DNA of 63,910 bases, the filler included. It is 6 parts of 6 records of this genome, joined end to end, with 100 filler letters (N's around TTAATTAATTAA, not from the genome) between each part and the next. Parts side by side here need not be neighbours in the genome. Positions count along the whole stretch, not along the records: positions 58,501 to 63,910 come from DRR723986_24239; 5 more parts are not named here. One strand, 5' to 3'. Below the pieces are notes generated by a model that saw only the letters and a program-made list of their open reading frames with translations, ran no database searches and had not been told where the DNA came from. Each line of letters starts with the position of its first letter. The first letter of the stretch is position 1. This document shows, one piece after another, positions 59,589 through 63,910 of the stretch. A program made the translations under genes and the position numbers.

Positions 59589-60485
59589 TTAGCGGTTTGA
59601 GGCCCGGAACCTGGCCACAAATCGTGACAGATCCTCCAGCTTCTTCGGGTCTTCATCGACAAAACGGATAGTGACACTGACAAAGTCGGTATCCTGGCGC
59701 TTGTCCACAGCCTGCAACTGATGCACGTAACCGTTCAGACGCGCCATCTGGCCATCGCCCATGTCGATATCCACCACCGCCTGATCGAGAATCCCCGGGA
59801 ATTCCTGATCCCGCTTGGCGATCACCCGCACTTCCGTCAGATTGATATCCTTGACCACCGATTTCAGTGTACTGTCGGAAAACCTCACAGATGCCATACT
59901 CATGACACCACGAGTCTGAGGCTTGCCGGTCGCCGCTTTTGCACTACCTGCATTCAGCAGCGGGTTATCAGCAACGGGCTCAGGCTTTGAGGCTTCGGGC
60001 CTGGATGCCGGCGCCTCCCGCTTCTGGGTGAGCAGGGTGGCGGATTCCTTGAACGCCTCCGCCGGTCCTTCCAGTGATTTGCCGCTGCGATCCATGGCGT
60101 CCTTCAGGCGGCGACCCATCACTTTAATGATTTTCTTACTCAGCCCATCCGGACTGAAAGGCTTGCCCAGGTATTCAGAAACCCCTTCCTTGACCGCCTC
60201 AATAACATGATCCTTGTCGCCGCGACTGGTAATCATGATGAACGGCACCTTCTGGTACTGCGGTTGCTGGCGCATCCACTGCAGCAGTTCCAGCCCGGAC
60301 ATCTCCGGCATTTCCCAGTCGCACAGCACCAGGTCAAAACTGGTTCTGGACATCAGGGACTGGGCACGCCGGCCATTCTGGGCATCCGTGGTTTCAATGA
60401 CGGGAAAGCGCTGTCGCACTGTCCGTTTCACCAGATCTCTCACAAAACTGGCGTCGTCGACCACCAGCGCCTTCAGTATTGCCAT
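59589..60485 (-). CDS. CheY-like response regulator with C-terminal PilZ-like domain
   Basis: LVVDD, LCDWEMPEMSG, GKPF; linker; beta-rich C-terminal domain. Confidence 0.85.
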   Translation of the reverse strand: MAILKALVVDDASFVRDLVKRTVRQRFPVIETTDAQNGRRAQSLMSRTSFDLVLCDWEMPEMSGLELLQWMRQQPQYQKVPFIMITSRGDKDHVIEAVKEGVSEYLGKPFSPDGLSKKIIKVMGRRLKDAMDRSGKSLEGPAEAFKESATLLTQKREAPASRPEASKPEPVADNPLLNAGSAKAATGKPQTRGVMSMASVRFSDSTLKSVVKDINLTEVRVIAKRDQEFPGILDQAVVDIDMGDGQMARLNGYVHQLQAVDKRQDTDFVSVTIRFVDEDPKKLEDLSRFVARFRASNR

Positions 60486-60704
60486 AGCGACATCTGCTCC
60501 GGATTCCACTCATGCTCCAACTATAGAACATCCCGGTCTTGACGTGACCTAAGTGCTACAAAAAGACGACAAAACCGGCGTTCACCGGGACCATTCCCAA
60601 CCGAAAAAAACACGTGGCACTGTAGGCTATGGCGGTATTTCCCGACACGGAAAACGCGCTAACATGGCAGCCGATGCCCAAACGATTCTATTGCGAGGAT
60701 TCCC

Positions 60705-61937
60705 GTGCCTGACCTGATCTCCCGGACTGCCATTCGCCGTACACTGGTGGCGATTTCCCTGAGCACGCTGGCGCTGGTTGCCAGGGCAGAAACCGAAACA
60801 ACCGCCACACCGGCGTTTGAGCAATGCAAACAGGCGCTCGGAGAGAAAGCCGTCGCCGCCGGTGTGCGTGAATCCACAGTAAAGTCGGTGATGGCCGGCG
60901 TGGTGCACCTCGACAGAGTGATTGAGCTGGACCGAAGACAGCCCGAATTTACCACCACCTTTGCCGACTACCTGAACCGACGGGTTAACGACGCCCGGGT
61001 CGGCAAAGGCCGGGAATTATTGGCAGAACACCGTAAACTCCTGGACCGCGTGACCGCGGAAACCGGTGTTCCCGCCCCCTATCTGACCGCATTCTGGGGT
61101 CTGGAAACCAACTATGGCAGCTACTTCGGCAAGATGCAGGTGCCCAGTGCCCTCGCCACCTTGGCTTGCGATGCCCGGCGCAGCAGCTTCTTCACAGAGC
61201 AATGGATCGCTGCCCTGCGGATTATTGACGAAGGCGCTATTCCCGCTGATCAGATGGAAGGCTCCTGGGCCGGCGCCATGGGCCATGTGCAGTTCATGCC
61301 GACGGTATTCCTGAAACACGCGGTCGACGCCGATGGCGATGGGCGCCGGGATCTCTGGAACAGCCTGCCCGACGCCATGATGTCTGCCGGTCGTTTTCTC
61401 GAGTCCATGGGCTGGGATGGCGACTATCGATGGGGGCGGGAGGTGCTGTTACCCGACAACTTTGATTTCAGTCTGGCCGATGGCCGTCGCCTGCCCCTGG
61501 CTGACTGGCGCAAGATGGGGATCATCGATGCATTTGGTAACCGTCTGGCCAACGAACCTATTGAAGCGGCCCTGATCGTGCCCAGCGGCCATCAGGGCCC
61601 GGCCTTTCTGGTATACAGTAATTTCCGGGTGATCATGGGCTGGAACCGATCCGAGTTCTACGCCATTGCCGTTGGCCACCTGGCCGACCGGATTGCCGGC
61701 ACCGGAAAGCTTCAGAACCCTCCCCCGGAAGACCAGCCCGCGCTGTCAAGAAATCAGGTGCTGGAGCTCCAACAGGCTCTGAATGACAAAGGCTACCCGA
61801 GCGGGGAACCCGACGGCATACTGGGCTCCAATACCCGCAAGGCCATTCGCGCGTACCAGAAGGCGGAAGGCCTGGTGGCTGACGGCTTTCCATCCGAACA
61901 GGTATTGGCGGCTCTCGGAGTTTACAGCGATTCGTGA
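60705..61937 (+). CDS. lytic murein transglycosylase (MltB/SltB) with PG-binding domain
   Basis: DRRQPEF, WGLETNYG, GSWAGAMGHVQFMP, DADGDG.RD, WNRS..YA, LQQAL...DGILG. Confidence 0.93.
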   Translation: MPDLISRTAIRRTLVAISLSTLALVARAETETTATPAFEQCKQALGEKAVAAGVRESTVKSVMAGVVHLDRVIELDRRQPEFTTTFADYLNRRVNDARVGKGRELLAEHRKLLDRVTAETGVPAPYLTAFWGLETNYGSYFGKMQVPSALATLACDARRSSFFTEQWIAALRIIDEGAIPADQMEGSWAGAMGHVQFMPTVFLKHAVDADGDGRRDLWNSLPDAMMSAGRFLESMGWDGDYRWGREVLLPDNFDFSLADGRRLPLADWRKMGIIDAFGNRLANEPIEAALIVPSGHQGPAFLVYSNFRVIMGWNRSEFYAIAVGHLADRIAGTGKLQNPPPEDQPALSRNQVLELQQALNDKGYPSGEPDGILGSNTRKAIRAYQKAEGLVADGFPSEQVLAALGVYSDS

Positions 61938-61940
61938 GAG

Positions 61941-62023
61941 TGTCCATTTTTTTTACAGTTATCGACTCCCAAAGCCATAACTTATTGAATTTTTGAAACA
62001 AAAATACTGGCACGTATTTAGCT
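61941..62023 (+). promoter_or_regulatory. sigma-54 promoter with upstream enhancer for PEP-CTERM gene
   Basis: TGT-N11-ACA at 61941-61957, IHF-like TAACTTATTGAAT, and TGGCACGTATTTAGC (GG-N10-GC) at 62008-62022. Confidence 0.7.
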
Positions 62024-62089
62024 ACACATCTTCGCAGTGCCCGGAGATTTCCTGGCAATCCTAAAACTGTGAGTAGTAAGGTGTGAACA

Positions 62090-62827
62090 ATGCTTAAAAT
62101 GATGAAAGGAATCGTAGCCGCGGCAACTCTTGGGCTCGCAGCGAATTCTTGGGCCTTCCCGGTAAACCTTGACGCTGTATCAGGCGTTTGGGGGACACCA
62201 ACCAACGGAAGCAACATTCAGGGCGTTGGTACCGATACACTGCGATGGGGTACTGGAGAGGAGACCTGTACAGGTCCGTGGTGGTGGCAGACGTGCTCCA
62301 ACGGCCCTCAAAGTGGCTTCACCTTTCAAGGACCTGCCAGCCTGCCACAAACCATAACCTCCGACGCTGAGTTTGTGTTGGGAAACTTTACACATTTTAA
62401 TAACCGCATCACTGGCGACAGCATCTCCGGAGTTAATCTGGATGTCTTTGCGACGTTTTCTACCAATGCCAGCAACGGCACCGTAACAGGACCCTACACG
62501 TTCGAGTTTTCGCACATTGAAACGCCGAACGTTCATTGCGGACCTCTTTCATTCATCTTTGGTTGTTCGCAAAAAGATGTCGATGACGTAGTTCGCCTTG
62601 ATAACGTCATTGAAAGCTCCGAGTTTCAATTCGGTTCGAGCATTTACTCCCTGTCATTACTGGGCTTTGCGAATGAGGAGGATCAAATCAGAACCCCTGA
62701 AGGCAATGCCACATCAGTGAACCTTCTCGCCAAGCTGAATGTGCGCTCCGTACCGGAACCCGGCACTCTCGCGCTGCTGGGACTCGGTCTGGCTGGTCTG
62801 GGCCTGGCGCGCCGTCGCAAGCTCTGA
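62090..62827 (+). CDS. PEP-CTERM sorted surface protein (THxN type)
   Basis: Signal peptide, FTHFNN, ETPN, C-terminal VPEPGTLALLGLGLAGLGLARRRK. Confidence 0.93.
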   Translation: MLKMMKGIVAAATLGLAANSWAFPVNLDAVSGVWGTPTNGSNIQGVGTDTLRWGTGEETCTGPWWWQTCSNGPQSGFTFQGPASLPQTITSDAEFVLGNFTHFNNRITGDSISGVNLDVFATFSTNASNGTVTGPYTFEFSHIETPNVHCGPLSFIFGCSQKDVDDVVRLDNVIESSEFQFGSSIYSLSLLGFANEEDQIRTPEGNATSVNLLAKLNVRSVPEPGTLALLGLGLAGLGLARRRKL

Positions 62828-62947
62828 GGCATATCTGCTTCGCCGGCAGTACCTTGTGCTGCCGGCGATTCTGCAGCCCTTCCGTGATCTGAATCCCGAA
62901 TCCGCGCATAATACTGGTATCACCCAGTCACCACGAATCGGGATACT

Positions 62948-63910
62948 ATGGATTCCATCACACAGGCCGCCCTTGGCGCTTCCATTGCGGGGGCTGTTGC
63001 CGGCAAAACCCTGGGGCGATCGGCCCTTCTGACCGGCGCATTGCTCGGCACATTACCCGACCTGGATGTGGTCATTGACTATGGCACAGCCGTTGCCAAC
63101 TTTACCCAGCATCGGGGGTTCAGCCACTCCCTGTTTATTCTGGCACCCTTGTCTCTGCTCATCGCCTGGGGTCTGTGGCGCTGGAAACCGCTCATTTCCT
63201 ATCAGCGATGGCTGGCACTGGTTGGCCTGATACTGATTACGCATCCATTACTGGATGCCTTTACCACCTACGGCACCCAGCTGTTCTGGCCCATCGGCCC
63301 ACCCGTAGCGATCAACAGTATCTTTATTATTGATCCGCTCTATACCTTGCCACTACTGGCGGGTTGCCTGGCCTTTCTGTATCGCCCACCGGCGTCGAGA
63401 ACCGTTGCCGCCGGATTACTTGTTTCCAGCCTTTATCTCGGCTGGACCCTGATTGCACAACAGATCATCACCGATCGGGTGCGACCGGCGCTGGCGAACG
63501 CCGGTATGGAACAAGCGGCCCTGATGGTTCAACCCATGCCATTCAACACCGTTCTGTGGCGTGCCACAGCGGTCAGTGCCGGGCAAAGAATCGAAGTAGT
63601 GACCGGTTTCCTCGATGCCAGCGACGAGCTGGTACTGGAACGTTTCCCGCGGCAACCAGAGCTTGCCCGCCTTGTCGCCGAGCTGCCAGAGGCCCGGCGG
63701 CTGGAATGGTTTACCGGTGGTTTTCTGGACTACCAGCAGAACGGCACTCAGATAACCGCAACGGATATCCGGCTGGGCATACCCGGCGCTCACCCTTTCA
63801 CCTTCATCCTGGCTGAAACCGCCGAAGACGGACTGCAGCCGCTGGCCAGCGATCGTCTGCCCCGCCCGGCGTTTAACCGGGCCGCCCTGCCCCTGTTGTG
63901 GGATCGAATG
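62948..63910 (+). CDS. YdjM-like inner-membrane metal-dependent hydrolase (3' truncated)
   Basis: Not in the ORF track. MDSITQAALGA...LPDLDV...HRGFSHS...THPLLDAFTTYG...IFIIDP. Confidence 0.9.
   Translation, partial: MDSITQAALGASIAGAVAGKTLGRSALLTGALLGTLPDLDVVIDYGTAVANFTQHRGFSHSLFILAPLSLLIAWGLWRWKPLISYQRWLALVGLILITHPLLDAFTTYGTQLFWPIGPPVAINSIFIIDPLYTLPLLAGCLAFLYRPPASRTVAAGLLVSSLYLGWTLIAQQIITDRVRPALANAGMEQAALMVQPMPFNTVLWRATAVSAGQRIEVVTGFLDASDELVLERFPRQPELARLVAELPEARRLEWFTGGFLDYQQNGTQITATDIRLGIPGAHPFTFILAETAEDGLQPLASDRLPRPAFNRAALPLLWDRM

Noticed and set aside
40-63816. Numerous short antisense or overlapping ORFs in the six-frame track
   Set aside because: Shadow frames of well-supported genes in GC-rich DNA with no independent evidence.

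Overview
This window is not one locus. It is six unrelated contigs joined by 100-nt spacers of N runs around a TTAATTAATTAA all-frame stop linker (21351-21450, 34142-34241, 43992-44091, 51141-51240, 58401-58500), so nothing should be read across those joins. Taxon labels below are inferred from gene content and order. (1) 1-21350, Roseobacter/Rhodobacteraceae-like: ectR-ectABC, a decayed ABC-binding-protein/chemoreceptor locus, LysR plus arylsulfatase, a compact alginate-like cluster (Alg44-like, Alg8-like, PMI/GMP, AlgD-like) followed by an RTX protein, and a NarL/LuxR regulator with a hybrid kinase. (2) 21451-34141, an AT-richer accessory island: IS21 remnants, a DUF4062-STAND-TPR NLR-like gene, a DUF2513 gene, a 139-aa protein with a hydrophobic C-terminal hairpin convergent with a CHAT(caspase)-STAND-TPR NLR-like gene, an OLD-type ATPase-TOPRIM nuclease bracketed by a 49-bp degenerate direct repeat, and an orphan ORF. 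(3) 34242-43991, Microbacteriaceae-like core genes: MFS, tRNA-Arg, glycosyltransferase, HNH nuclease with an unannotated upstream small ORF/structured leader, ideR, serC, DUF3027, csp, XPB pair. (4) 44092-51140: thrS, ybeY, DUF494, tRNA-Arg, XRE-IrrE plus DUF4411 PIN, FlaR-like kinase. (5) 51241-58400, betaproteobacterial-like: DUF1329/DUF1302, Ada-like, reductase, hydrolases. (6) 58501-63910, Marinobacter-like: phoR, response regulator, lytic transglycosylase, PEP-CTERM protein, metal-dependent hydrolase. The best candidate for an undescribed system is the caspase-NLR plus small membrane-hairpin protein pair in segment 2, a possible inflammasome-like module without a gasdermin. Next come the roseobacter alginate-like cluster and the HNH leader. 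All family calls come from motifs recognised by eye; no searches were run.
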